Source: a virus (Duplodnaviria > Heunggongvirae > Uroviricota > Caudoviricetes). From it: a DNA stretch of 37,388 bases. Each line of letters opens with the position of its first letter. The stretch's first letter is position 1. The position numbers were made by a program, and so were the translations under genes. The DNA lies in IMG/VR virus record IMGVR_UViG_2778261448_000003, one strand, 5' to 3'. The notes under the pieces are model-generated. The model did no database searches and was not told the origin of the DNA. It saw nothing but the letters and a program-made list of their open reading frames with translations. Positions 1 through 8,653 of the stretch are shown piece after piece.

Positions 1-524
1 CAGGTGCAGGTGTTGGCCAGCATGATACGTCCCGGAAAAACAGCGCCGTCCGTTTCCGTCGGCGTGGACAGTACAAAGGAGGCACTCACCGCGCTCAGTT
101 CGCTGCACTGCTCGATGCGCCAGCGGCTGATCACCTCCTGCTCCGGATCGGCGTCACTGTTTCCGTTGACGAAGTTCACCGCATCCAGAAAACGGGCGTA
201 AACCTTACGCCGGACCACCGTTCCGCCGACCAGACTCTGCAGATCTTCCGCCATCCCGGTGACCATACCGTACAGGTTAGAAACCGTCAGCGTGGGGCGC
301 GTACTGGTGCCTTTGCCATTCAGTTCAAAACCACTCCCCTGAATGGGATACGGCTGATACTGTCGCCCCTGCCAGGTGACCGGCTCACCTTTTTCGTTCT
401 GCTCATTACAGAAAAAATAACGTTCTCCACCGACCTCTGTCAGATCGATTTCCCAGAGCTCGACCAGCGCGGATTGCTCCGATTTTGTACACTCATTCTG
501 TGTTTCCTGCTGTATATCCTGCAT
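1..524 (-). CDS. L: Minor tail protein L (N-terminal part; gene runs off the window start)
   Basis: Own reverse-complement translation from ATG at 522-524 reads MQDIQQETQNECTKSEQSALVELWEIDLTEV..., closely matching lambda gpL; position immediately downstream of M as in lambda. Confidence 0.85.
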   Translation of the reverse strand, partial: MQDIQQETQNECTKSEQSALVELWEIDLTEVGGERYFFCNEQNEKGEPVTWQGRQYQPYPIQGSGFELNGKGTSTRPTLTVSNLYGMVTGMAEDLQSLVGGTVVRRKVYARFLDAVNFVNGNSDADPEQEVISRWRIEQCSELSAVSASFVLSTPTETDGAVFPGRIMLANTCT

Positions 525-853
525 CAGTTTACCACCTGCTCAAAATCTGCCGTTACAGTTACCCATAACGCACCAACGCTTGCCGACCATTTACGACAAA
601 CCACCCTGACAGGTTTCCAGCCATAAGGTGGTGTCCACTGAAACGCTCTGACACCGCCATGTCGCACCAGAAAATCCTCCAGCGACTGATGTTCTCCTTT
701 ACGTATCCGGATAGTCACACTGTAAACGGGCAATACATTATTCAGCCCTGCCGGTCGCCGCTGCTCATAGCCATCCCCCAGCTTTACCGTCAACACCTTC
801 GGTTCCGATGCCACAGTCATATCAGGGCGAATTTTCCAGTGAAAAGTTTCCAT
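524..853 (-). CDS. M: Minor tail protein M
   Basis: 109 aa ORF METFHWKIRPDM...FEQVVN, same length and conserved C-terminus as lambda gpM; stop overlaps L start. Confidence 0.9.
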   Translation of the reverse strand: METFHWKIRPDMTVASEPKVLTVKLGDGYEQRRPAGLNNVLPVYSVTIRIRKGEHQSLEDFLVRHGGVRAFQWTPPYGWKPVRVVCRKWSASVGALWVTVTADFEQVVN

Positions 854-3800
854 TACCGATATGCTCCGCTTAACTGACCACCATCACGGGACTGCTGTTG
901 CATAAAGTCCGCTGCTGCTTTTTTTCCGAGGTCATAAACCACCTTCAGGGCAGCCGGACCTATCTGCCCGTTCGTACCATCGTTATTGATCTCGATGTTG
1001 TACTGCGGGGCAAACATCACCATACCTGAACCACCAATATCCGCCACAACACCCAGCTTGCCATCAGCACCACGACGCAATGGCAGAATGGCTTCAGGCC
1101 CCGCTTCTCCCATCACACCCGCGCCTTTTGCAAAAGCAAAAAACGTCGGACGGTTAACCACCGTGCCACTGTAGCGACTCAAATCAGCAGACTGATAAAC
1201 ACCACCATCAGCATTGGGCGTCACACTGGCAGTTGCTGCACTCCCCCAGCCAAACGCCGAACCAATCCCCTTAACTGCCTGCATCATGGCCATCTGCGAC
1301 ATGATTTTTGCCAGATCAGAAAGGAGCGAGGCGGTAAAAGATTTGAAGTTCAGTTTTCCGGTGGTACAGAACGTCGCCAGTGCATTACCTGCGCTGTTAA
1401 ATGCCGCTGTAAACATCTGCTCAGCGGTACCTGCCGCGTTATCCGCACTCTCTGTAAAATTCTGAAACGCCCGCATGGCACCGTTTTTCCAGTCTGCCTG
1501 CATCAGTTCCTGCTCCTGCCAGTAACGTCTGTTTTCGTTCAGTTGCCGGTTAAGACTGTCTGTCAGCATCTGCTCAGCATTCCGGTATTCATCTGTGCCA
1601 TATGTTCCTTTCTGCTTACTGTCACGCTCCAGCTGTTCCCGCTGCTGCTGATATTTTTGTTGCAGACTGAACTGTGCCTGGTATCGCTGACGCTGTTTAT
1701 CCCCCATCCCTGTCGTGGCGATATCCAGGTCATGTTGCTGACGCAGAGCCCGCTCCTCTTCCGCCAGCTGGCTGGAAAGCTGAATGGATTTTTTCTTCAA
1801 ATCATTCAGCGCCGTCTGCTTCTGCAGCTCCTGCTGTTTTGCATCCAGCAGCGTCAGTGCCTGAATCAGCTCATCCTTGTGAGCCAGCACACTCTTTTCA
1901 TCTGCCGTCAGTTTTTTCCCGTCCAGGTCGCTGATGCGCTGCTGCAGAGCCAGAAGCTGTTTATGCGCTTCTGTCATCCTTTCCGTGGCAATGCCTGCTG
2001 ACTGTCTGGCAGCAGCAATCTGTCCTTCCACCTGTGCCTGTAGCTGACTGTACTGCAGCAATAACCGGGTGGCCTCATCATTACGGGTGGCAGACGTTTT
2101 TTTCTTAATGGCTTTTTCGTAACGTTCATTTTCACGCTGTATCGCTGCGTCCCTGACCGCCTGATCGGCGTACTGCATGGCATTAATACGCGCAATTTCA
2201 CGCTGATGTCGTGCTGCTTCCGTTTCGTTCATCCGGTTCAGCGCGGCATTTTCAGCATTCCGGCGTTTCTGCTGCTCCTGATAATTTCGCTCAGCCTGCT
2301 CTTTTGCATCCTGCAAATCCTGCTGGCGTTTTCGCTCTTGCAGCGCATCCAGTTGTTGCTGATCGTATTCCCCCGTGGTGGACACCTTAGTCCACGGAAA
2401 TTTCTTCGCCCGCTGAATTTTTTCCTGCAGCGACGCAATCTGCGCATCAAGGGAATCTTCCCGACCAATGTTCATGGCCGCATCCCAGAACTGCTTCCAC
2501 CAGTCAGACAAGGTTTGCAGCGTACTGCCCAGCGCATTGAGGTTATTATCAATATCCGACGTACGTTTACCGGTTTCCTCTGCCAGTGCAGACATGGCTA
2601 TCCGGGCGGCGTCACTGGTGCGCCCCTGCTCTCCGAGCACACGGATCTGTTCAAGCTGGGTGGCTGTCAGAAAATGCAGTTCATCATCCAGCGCCTTCGC
2701 AGCACTGACCGGATCATCCTTCAGCCGTTTAAACTGACTGATGGTGTCACTGACAGACTGCCCTACCGAGCGTTCCATCTGTGCGGCAGCTTTCGCCACC
2801 ATACCAATATCGTTACCGTGAAATGCACCGCTCCCCACTACCTGCGCCAGTGACCCCGCCATGGCATGTTGCGTGATGCCATTACCGGAAAGATTTTTAC
2901 TGAGCGCCCACAACTGCCCGGCTGTCACACCGGCATAGTGTCCGGTGAGCTCAAGCTGCCGGTTAAAGGCTTCGCCTTCTTCCCGCCCCTCCATCCAGGC
3001 TTTACCCAGACCAATAACCGCAGCAGTGATCCCTCCGATAACTCCCCCCACCGCCAGGCCTTTCGGAGTCATTAATTTATCAATCCAGCCGGCACGGTTA
3101 GCCAGGGTGATCCCGGAGCCACGAAGCGCACCGAAATTACCACGCGCCAGTTCACCAATCATGACCCCCAGCTCCCGACGGGCTGCCGCACTTTTCAGTT
3201 CCAGCGAATGTGTGGTGTTTCCAGCTTTCTCCATTTTACGGATGTACACCTCCGCGGCACTGCTGCACCCAAGTTGTGCCGCCTTTGCCCGAAGCAGTTC
3301 CGTCGTGGTCATTTTCTGGCGACTTGTCTGTTCTTTCAGCTGACGAATAAATGCGGTTTTCTGGCGGGTGGCCGTTTCCTCTGCCTGTGTCAGAACGCGG
3401 GTTTTCGCTGTCACCTCAGAAATCAGGGCCAGATAATCCTGCTGAGCAATCCCGCCACTGTTTCTGGCCTGTCGGATCTGCTGCTGAATACGCTGTAACT
3501 CCTGCAGCCCCGCGCTGGCCTGTTTTACGCTGTCGATCTGACGATAAAATGCGGCTGCCATCTTATCCTGCGCCGCAGCCAGCGCAGCCGCCTGAACCTG
3601 CTCCTCCCGCATCTGACGACTCAGGGCCTCCATCCGCAGGCGCGCCCTTTCCACATCTTCCGCCAGCGAAACATGCCCCTGCGCATGCTTCACCACGGCC
3701 TGAGTCTGTATCACCGTCGCGCTGGCAGCCTGTTTCTGACTTTCCTCAAACCGTTTCATACGGGCTTCGGCCCGCTCCGCCTCCCTTGCTGTACCATTCA

Positions 3801-3885
3801 GCAGATTTTTTACACGCGGAAGCTGCTCTTTAAAATCGGCGGTATCAATGCTTAAATCAATGACAAGGTCAGCAATCTGGTCCAA
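853..3885 (-). CDS. H: Tail tape measure protein H
   Basis: 1010 aa ORF, Gln/Ala-rich coiled-coil middle region, Gly-rich membrane-like segment; synteny between G/T and M. Confidence 0.9.
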   Translation of the reverse strand: MDQIADLVIDLSIDTADFKEQLPRVKNLLNGTAREAERAEARMKRFEESQKQAASATVIQTQAVVKHAQGHVSLAEDVERARLRMEALSRQMREEQVQAAALAAAQDKMAAAFYRQIDSVKQASAGLQELQRIQQQIRQARNSGGIAQQDYLALISEVTAKTRVLTQAEETATRQKTAFIRQLKEQTSRQKMTTTELLRAKAAQLGCSSAAEVYIRKMEKAGNTTHSLELKSAAARRELGVMIGELARGNFGALRGSGITLANRAGWIDKLMTPKGLAVGGVIGGITAAVIGLGKAWMEGREEGEAFNRQLELTGHYAGVTAGQLWALSKNLSGNGITQHAMAGSLAQVVGSGAFHGNDIGMVAKAAAQMERSVGQSVSDTISQFKRLKDDPVSAAKALDDELHFLTATQLEQIRVLGEQGRTSDAARIAMSALAEETGKRTSDIDNNLNALGSTLQTLSDWWKQFWDAAMNIGREDSLDAQIASLQEKIQRAKKFPWTKVSTTGEYDQQQLDALQERKRQQDLQDAKEQAERNYQEQQKRRNAENAALNRMNETEAARHQREIARINAMQYADQAVRDAAIQRENERYEKAIKKKTSATRNDEATRLLLQYSQLQAQVEGQIAAARQSAGIATERMTEAHKQLLALQQRISDLDGKKLTADEKSVLAHKDELIQALTLLDAKQQELQKQTALNDLKKKSIQLSSQLAEEERALRQQHDLDIATTGMGDKQRQRYQAQFSLQQKYQQQREQLERDSKQKGTYGTDEYRNAEQMLTDSLNRQLNENRRYWQEQELMQADWKNGAMRAFQNFTESADNAAGTAEQMFTAAFNSAGNALATFCTTGKLNFKSFTASLLSDLAKIMSQMAMMQAVKGIGSAFGWGSAATASVTPNADGGVYQSADLSRYSGTVVNRPTFFAFAKGAGVMGEAGPEAILPLRRGADGKLGVVADIGGSGMVMFAPQYNIEINNDGTNGQIGPAALKVVYDLGKKAAADFMQQQSRDGGQLSGAYR

Positions 3886-4183
3886 ATCTCATTCCTCCCG
3901 ATATACCTTCCCCCAGATGCATCAGCTCTTCATCCGTGCGTTCAGGGATCACCCTGTCATCCGTAACCAGACTGAAATCATCCGCCGGAATACGTTCACC
4001 GGACACCATCTGAACCATCAGCGACTTCAGTGTGGAAATCTGTGCATCCAGCCAGATATCCCCGAAACTCTGCTTCCGGAAGAAATCCCCCCATTCGCCC
4101 AGTTCTGACGCTGACATTTCTGATAACATCCGCCGCCAGTCTGCCCGCCGGAACTCACGGGCAAGCTGCATCACAAACTGCAT
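3869..4183 (-). CDS. T: Tail assembly chaperone T segment (expected to be made as a G-T fusion by -1 frameshift)
   Basis: ORF in the -1 frame relative to G, overlapping the G 3' end; lambda G/T architecture. Confidence 0.7.
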   Translation of the reverse strand: MQFVMQLAREFRRADWRRMLSEMSASELGEWGDFFRKQSFGDIWLDAQISTLKSLMVQMVSGERIPADDFSLVTDDRVIPERTDEELMHLGEGISGGMRFGPDC

Positions 4184-4191
4184 CTCCCGCG

Positions 4192-4581
4192 TCAGGACTT
4201 TTCCGGTGTCAGGGGAACCTGTTCACCGTTCTGAACATCACCGGTGGAGACCGGCATACCACTCAGGGATAAAACCAGACTGCCCCCGTCGCCAAGCGCG
4301 TCATAAGACCAGGTGTTTTTTACATCCTCATTCAGCGCATCCACATCCTGTGACGGGTCCGTATTCCACATTGACCGGGAAACCAGCCAGGCATTGATAT
4401 CCATCCCCATACGCAGAAATTCAATCTGACGATCCGCCACTGGCATGGCATCATCCAGGGCGTCAAACTCAGCTGTCCGTTTCTGGACAAACGCCAGATA
4501 CTCCACCCGCTGAAGTCCGGATAATTCCGTCAGTACCACAGACTGATTACCGTAGTTAAATGTGTCCTGTTTCAGAAACAT
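4192..4581 (-). CDS. G: Tail assembly chaperone G
   Basis: ORF 4192..4611; start placed at internal MFLKQD (lambda G begins MFLK), preceded by GGAGGGG RBS. Confidence 0.75.
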   Translation of the reverse strand: MFLKQDTFNYGNQSVVLTELSGLQRVEYLAFVQKRTAEFDALDDAMPVADRQIEFLRMGMDINAWLVSRSMWNTDPSQDVDALNEDVKNTWSYDALGDGGSLVLSLSGMPVSTGDVQNGEQVPLTPEKS

Positions 4582-4637
4582 GTCCCCTCCGTAAACAAAA
4601 AACCCCGGCATACCGGGGTAAAAAACAAACTGCTAGG

Positions 4638-5378
4638 TTAATCACCATTAACGGTAATACCGGCCACAGCAACCTGCGCACCACCCGCAGTCATCCCCAC
4701 AATCGAGGTGCTGCCCGCTTTCACACCTTTCACCGTGGCCACCATGCCACTCAGCGTAACCGTAGCGATATCAGGAGATGATGACGCCACACTCACCGTT
4801 TTATCAGAAGCATCTTCCGGTACTGTGCTGAATGTCAGCGTCGTCGTTGCCCCCACTCTGACACTGGCGGAAACCGGCATTACTGTCAGCCCGGTCACCC
4901 CCACAATTTCAGTCCCCTCCTCAGCCAGATACGGACGCCCCACACCGCTGATTTTAACCGTACGGGTCATCACATCTTTTGACGTAATGGTTTTACCCAG
5001 CGAACTCAGCCAGCCGCGGAACACATCAACGGTACCGTTAGGGTATTTAATGCGGAATGCACGAACTTCACCGGAATCAAACAACTGAATCAGTTTTTTC
5101 TGTCCGCTGTCACCCGGACGCCAGGCCAGCGTCGCGGATGTATCACCAACAGATTTTTGCCCCTGAGTTGTCGTTTTCCAGTCAGCATTTTCATCATCGA
5201 GATAATCGTCATCTTCCGCATCTGCAGTCATTTCCCCCGGCTGCAGATCCTTCACCATCGCGAGGCGCAGCCAGTCCGTATCTGACAAAGGATTCGCAAA
5301 TGCGTCGCCCTTGCCGGTATACATCCAGAACGTCGTCCCCGCCCCTTTCATTTTTTCAAGTGGATTCGGTGTCGTCAT
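4638..5378 (-). CDS. V: Major tail tube protein V
   Basis: MTTPNPLEKMKGAGTTFWMYTGKGD...FRGWLSSLGK matches lambda gpV, including the C-terminal Ig-like region; start chosen at MTTPNP inside the longer ORF. Confidence 0.9.
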   Translation of the reverse strand: MTTPNPLEKMKGAGTTFWMYTGKGDAFANPLSDTDWLRLAMVKDLQPGEMTADAEDDDYLDDENADWKTTTQGQKSVGDTSATLAWRPGDSGQKKLIQLFDSGEVRAFRIKYPNGTVDVFRGWLSSLGKTITSKDVMTRTVKISGVGRPYLAEEGTEIVGVTGLTVMPVSASVRVGATTTLTFSTVPEDASDKTVSVASSSPDIATVTLSGMVATVKGVKAGSTSIVGMTAGGAQVAVAGITVNGD

Positions 5379-5388
5379 TTCCCACCCC

Positions 5389-5790
5389 TTAATTTGTATA
5401 TGTGATTTGATACGTGATTTCCGCCATCGCCCATGTTGCCATATCGTTATCACGCTGATAGTTAAATCCCCGTGGGATCATGGTATCGATAAGGCCGTAA
5501 AGCGCCGGAATATCCTCCAGTGCCGGGTAAATAATGTTGTCCATCCACGTATCCAGATCAGAATCCGGTGCCTGTGCACGGATAAAGACGGCGACATGCA
5601 GAACTGCCAGCCAGTCATCCTCATCCGTCATTTTTCCGGTGTACTGTGCATCACTCAGCCACACCGCCACGGCAGGCAGCTCCTGCGCATCAATAAAGGC
5701 AGGAAGGCCGTCAAACAGGACGGTCTTCTCCCCGCACGTCGTTTTCAGGCGCGAAAGTACGGCCTGACGAATTTGTGTGTGTCGGTTCAT
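5389..5790 (-). CDS. U: Tail terminator protein U
   Basis: 133 aa, PAVAVWLSDAQYTG and DIPAL motifs as in lambda gpU. Confidence 0.85.
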   Translation of the reverse strand: MNRHTQIRQAVLSRLKTTCGEKTVLFDGLPAFIDAQELPAVAVWLSDAQYTGKMTDEDDWLAVLHVAVFIRAQAPDSDLDTWMDNIIYPALEDIPALYGLIDTMIPRGFNYQRDNDMATWAMAEITYQITYTN

Positions 5791-6377
5791 CGGGTCAGAT
5801 ATAACCTCAGTTGGTGTTTCAGGGCATACCCCAGCTGTTTCGGCATCTCGTTATCAATGACGCTTTTACGGGCATCCTCAAATGCCTGTGTCAGCGCTCC
5901 GGCCAGCGGGATTTTCACAACCTCCACAGGTAGACGATTTTTTTTCGGTCTGCCCTGATGGTCGCGCCCTGTTGCGAAACGCGCTTCAGGAAGACGTCTC
6001 AGAACATGCCAGCGACCATTCGCCAGTTGCCGGATAAACGCGCCACGGAAAAAATATTTCCCCACCCTCAGCCCGTCACCGGCACGCCGTCGCGTTGTGT
6101 TCAGTTTGATGGCGGGAAGGTTGCCACGGTTAATGCGGATCCTGGCATACATTTTTCCGGAAGGGCTGGCACTCAGCATCCTGACGCGCCCCCTGACCAG
6201 TTTCAGGGGGATCCCCTTCACCTGGTTATCACCGGCTACGGTATCGCGGGCAACCTGTCGGGTAGCCTGAGAAATGGCTTTCTGTGCCACACGATTTATT
6301 GCCCAGGCGCTGGCCTGTGGCACCATACGGGTATCAAGGATGTCCAGATTACGGATGGCGTTTTCAAGACCTTTCAT
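5787..6377 (-). CDS. Z: Tail completion protein Z
   Basis: MKGLENAI...GAFIRQLANGRWHV...VVKIP...LGYALKHQLRL matches lambda gpZ; start at internal MKGLEN. Confidence 0.85.
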   Translation of the reverse strand: MKGLENAIRNLDILDTRMVPQASAWAINRVAQKAISQATRQVARDTVAGDNQVKGIPLKLVRGRVRMLSASPSGKMYARIRINRGNLPAIKLNTTRRRAGDGLRVGKYFFRGAFIRQLANGRWHVLRRLPEARFATGRDHQGRPKKNRLPVEVVKIPLAGALTQAFEDARKSVIDNEMPKQLGYALKHQLRLYLTR

Positions 6378-6738
6378 AATATCGCCCCGTACTGATATCA
6401 CCCCGGGAACTGTCACACCGTTGCAGGCGGATATAACAGCATCCCCCGTCGTCCGGAGTAATGCGATCCACCCGAAAAAGATCCCCACCAATCTCCAGCG
6501 TATCCAGACGGCGCAGTCCCGTAATATCTGCTGTTTTCACAAACAAAGACGGTGAAGAATCTTCAAACCGTACTCCTCCGGCAACGAACGAAATTTTTTC
6601 AGGATCATCAAAAACACCCCTGAGTGTTTTTCCTTCAAGCTGACCGGACGTAATTACCGCCGTAATCCCCATATGACAAAGAATGACCTCGTCAGCCATG
6701 GCGACGGCGGCATCAAACGGATTATCGAAATCTGCCAC
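6364..6738 (-). CDS. FII: Head-tail connector protein FII
   Basis: MADFDNPFDAAVAMADE...RGVFDDPE...SSPSLFV...PDDGG matches lambda gpFII. Confidence 0.85.
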   Translation of the reverse strand: MADFDNPFDAAVAMADEVILCHMGITAVITSGQLEGKTLRGVFDDPEKISFVAGGVRFEDSSPSLFVKTADITGLRRLDTLEIGGDLFRVDRITPDDGGCCYIRLQRCDSSRGDISTGRYYERS

Positions 6739-6751
6739 CTTTCCCCCACAT

Positions 6752-7132
6752 TCAACACATTTTCACGAGGCCACTTTCTGCCATGCTGGCTGCCACCACA
6801 GCAGATACACGAAACACTTCTCCCGGACGTACAAATGCCACGGGGTTATCCCGTGTGGCGTGGAGTGCATTGACATGTAACATCACCACAGCTTTGACCA
6901 TGACCATATCCACAGAATTTCGGTTCTCACTCTCCCCACGTTCGGATCGTGTTTCGTTTTTTTGTTGTGGTTCTTCATCATCCTTATACAGGCCGTCTGA
7001 ACCATCACTTAATTCTTCTTCCCACTCCGCCAGACGTTGTTCAAGATCAGCTTTAGAGCCTGAAATATCGGCATCGCGCCCGAGTACTGCCGCCAGCTCC
7101 TGAAGACGCGCTGTTATTTCTTCTTTTGTCAT
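6752..7132 (-). CDS. FI: DNA packaging/head assembly protein FI
   Basis: MTKEEITARLQEL...LHATRDNPVAFVRPGEVFRVSAVVAASMAESGLVKM matches lambda gpFI; start at internal MTKEE. Confidence 0.8.
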   Translation of the reverse strand: MTKEEITARLQELAAVLGRDADISGSKADLEQRLAEWEEELSDGSDGLYKDDEEPQQKNETRSERGESENRNSVDMVMVKAVVMLHVNALHATRDNPVAFVRPGEVFRVSAVVAASMAESGLVKMC

Positions 7133-7182
7133 CACATCTCTCCTGTGCGATAAAGAAAAAGGCGGGAATATCCCGCCTGACC

Positions 7183-8211
7183 TTATTTCACCTGAACTAC
7201 CACAAACGCGTCCGGATCCGGCAACACCATCAACGGCGCAGACTGCGTCATGGTATATTCGCACCCCGGGTCCCCCACCTCTAACCAGTGTTTCGGATAA
7301 CGAATTGCAGAGGTGATCCCTTCACTCAGCGCCTGGTTATCCTGGATTGCGCCATAACAACGGACACCCTCCACCTGAGTGTTTCCAAGAATCAGTGTGC
7401 CTTCCGGCAGATAACGCTGCTCATCCCCGTTTTCATCAACATACGTTGTTTTCGCCACCATGATGGCCAGATCACCGTAATAACCTTTAAAAGAAACCAC
7501 GGAACCCAGATCTTTCAGCGCGGTTTCCAGTTCAGATTTTGAGCCACGGCGGGTATCCAGTTTTTCACGAAACAGCTTAAAACCGTTCAGCATACGCCAG
7601 ACAGTACCGTCCATAATCGCAATATTGATGGTACCGGAAGCAAAATCGCAGTACGCATCCAGATCATGCGTCGGATCAAAGGTGTCAGCATTCTGTTTTG
7701 ACCATTCGCGTCCCCCTGCCTGCGTAATGTTATTGGCGGCAGAACGACCAAAATCCACTTCCACCGTCTCAAACTGTTCACCGCTCATGGTGTACTTACC
7801 CTGCAGAACAGCGCTGACCGCCTGCATTTCTTCCACCTGCACAATCGCCTGCTCTTCCTGTTTCAGGTTGTCCGTCAGAATACGCAGGCGACGGTAGGCC
7901 GGGTCATTAAGACGGGCCGGATCTTCCCCCGGAAGACGCTCCACCGCCTGCTGATAATCCAGCCGGTGTTTTGGTTTAACATAGCCGGGGCGTAACACGC
8001 GGGTTTCACCACCACGACTGCGCAGTACCTTACCTGACACAACCGGAGACACATATGCCGCAACCGGTGTTTTTCCGGTGATTTTATCCAGCATCACTTC
8101 CTGAGTATGGAAAGTGACCGTACGACGAAAAAACAGCTCCAGAAACAGCGCACGGAATTTCACTTTCTGCTCGGTGTAGCCGAGCAACTGACGCGTGGTA
8201 AATAACCCCAT
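7183..8211 (-). CDS. E: Major capsid protein E
   Basis: YVSPVVSGKVLRSRGG, PGYVKPKH, VEEMQAVSAVLQGKYTM, KLDTRRGSKSELETALKDLG, TMTQSAPLMVLPDPD match lambda gpE; start MGLFTTRQLL preceded by AAGGAAAG RBS. Confidence 0.9.
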   Translation of the reverse strand: MGLFTTRQLLGYTEQKVKFRALFLELFFRRTVTFHTQEVMLDKITGKTPVAAYVSPVVSGKVLRSRGGETRVLRPGYVKPKHRLDYQQAVERLPGEDPARLNDPAYRRLRILTDNLKQEEQAIVQVEEMQAVSAVLQGKYTMSGEQFETVEVDFGRSAANNITQAGGREWSKQNADTFDPTHDLDAYCDFASGTINIAIMDGTVWRMLNGFKLFREKLDTRRGSKSELETALKDLGSVVSFKGYYGDLAIMVAKTTYVDENGDEQRYLPEGTLILGNTQVEGVRCYGAIQDNQALSEGITSAIRYPKHWLEVGDPGCEYTMTQSAPLMVLPDPDAFVVVQVK

Positions 8212-8280
8212 AATTGACTTTCCTTTAAAAACACAAACGGGCCGCATCACGACCCGTTTTTTCAGTTAATCACTTCACCA

Positions 8281-8616
8281 TCAGGCGTGGCTGATGGCAC
8301 TTCCCACAAACGCGTTGGCTTTTTTCACTGCATCCACCGAATCCGGCCAGACCAGCGATTCGGTGGCAAACGTACCGCTTTTGTAGTACGTCAGTGTGGG
8401 CTCGGTCCCGGCCAGCGCCAGTACCAGCACCCCCACAGCCGTTCCGGCTTTCTGACCATCCCATGCCACCAGTTTTCCGCTGGCGTCATCCAGCATCAGT
8501 GGCGTCAGTGAAGGCGTGGCAACACTGATACCACTGGTACCTGTTGCGGTATACACCGGATCGCTTCCGGCAAAAATGCGCCTGTCCGCGCGCTTTTCTG
8601 TGGTGGTTTTAATCAT
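8281..8616 (-). CDS. D: Head decoration protein D
   Basis: 111 aa; TPLMLD, KLVAWDG and YYKSGTF motifs as in lambda gpD. Confidence 0.85.
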   Translation of the reverse strand: MIKTTTEKRADRRIFAGSDPVYTATGTSGISVATPSLTPLMLDDASGKLVAWDGQKAGTAVGVLVLALAGTEPTLTYYKSGTFATESLVWPDSVDAVKKANAFVGSAISHA

Positions 8617-8653
8617 TTTCAGTCTCCTGATTTATCTGAATCACGGATAACGC

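Noticed and set aside
1543-3833. Several plus-strand ORFs of 86-215 aa antisense to the tape measure gene
   Set aside because: They lie opposite a confidently assigned 1010-aa gene, have low-complexity Leu/Pro/Arg-rich translations and no RBS; typical antisense artefacts of GC-rich coding DNA.
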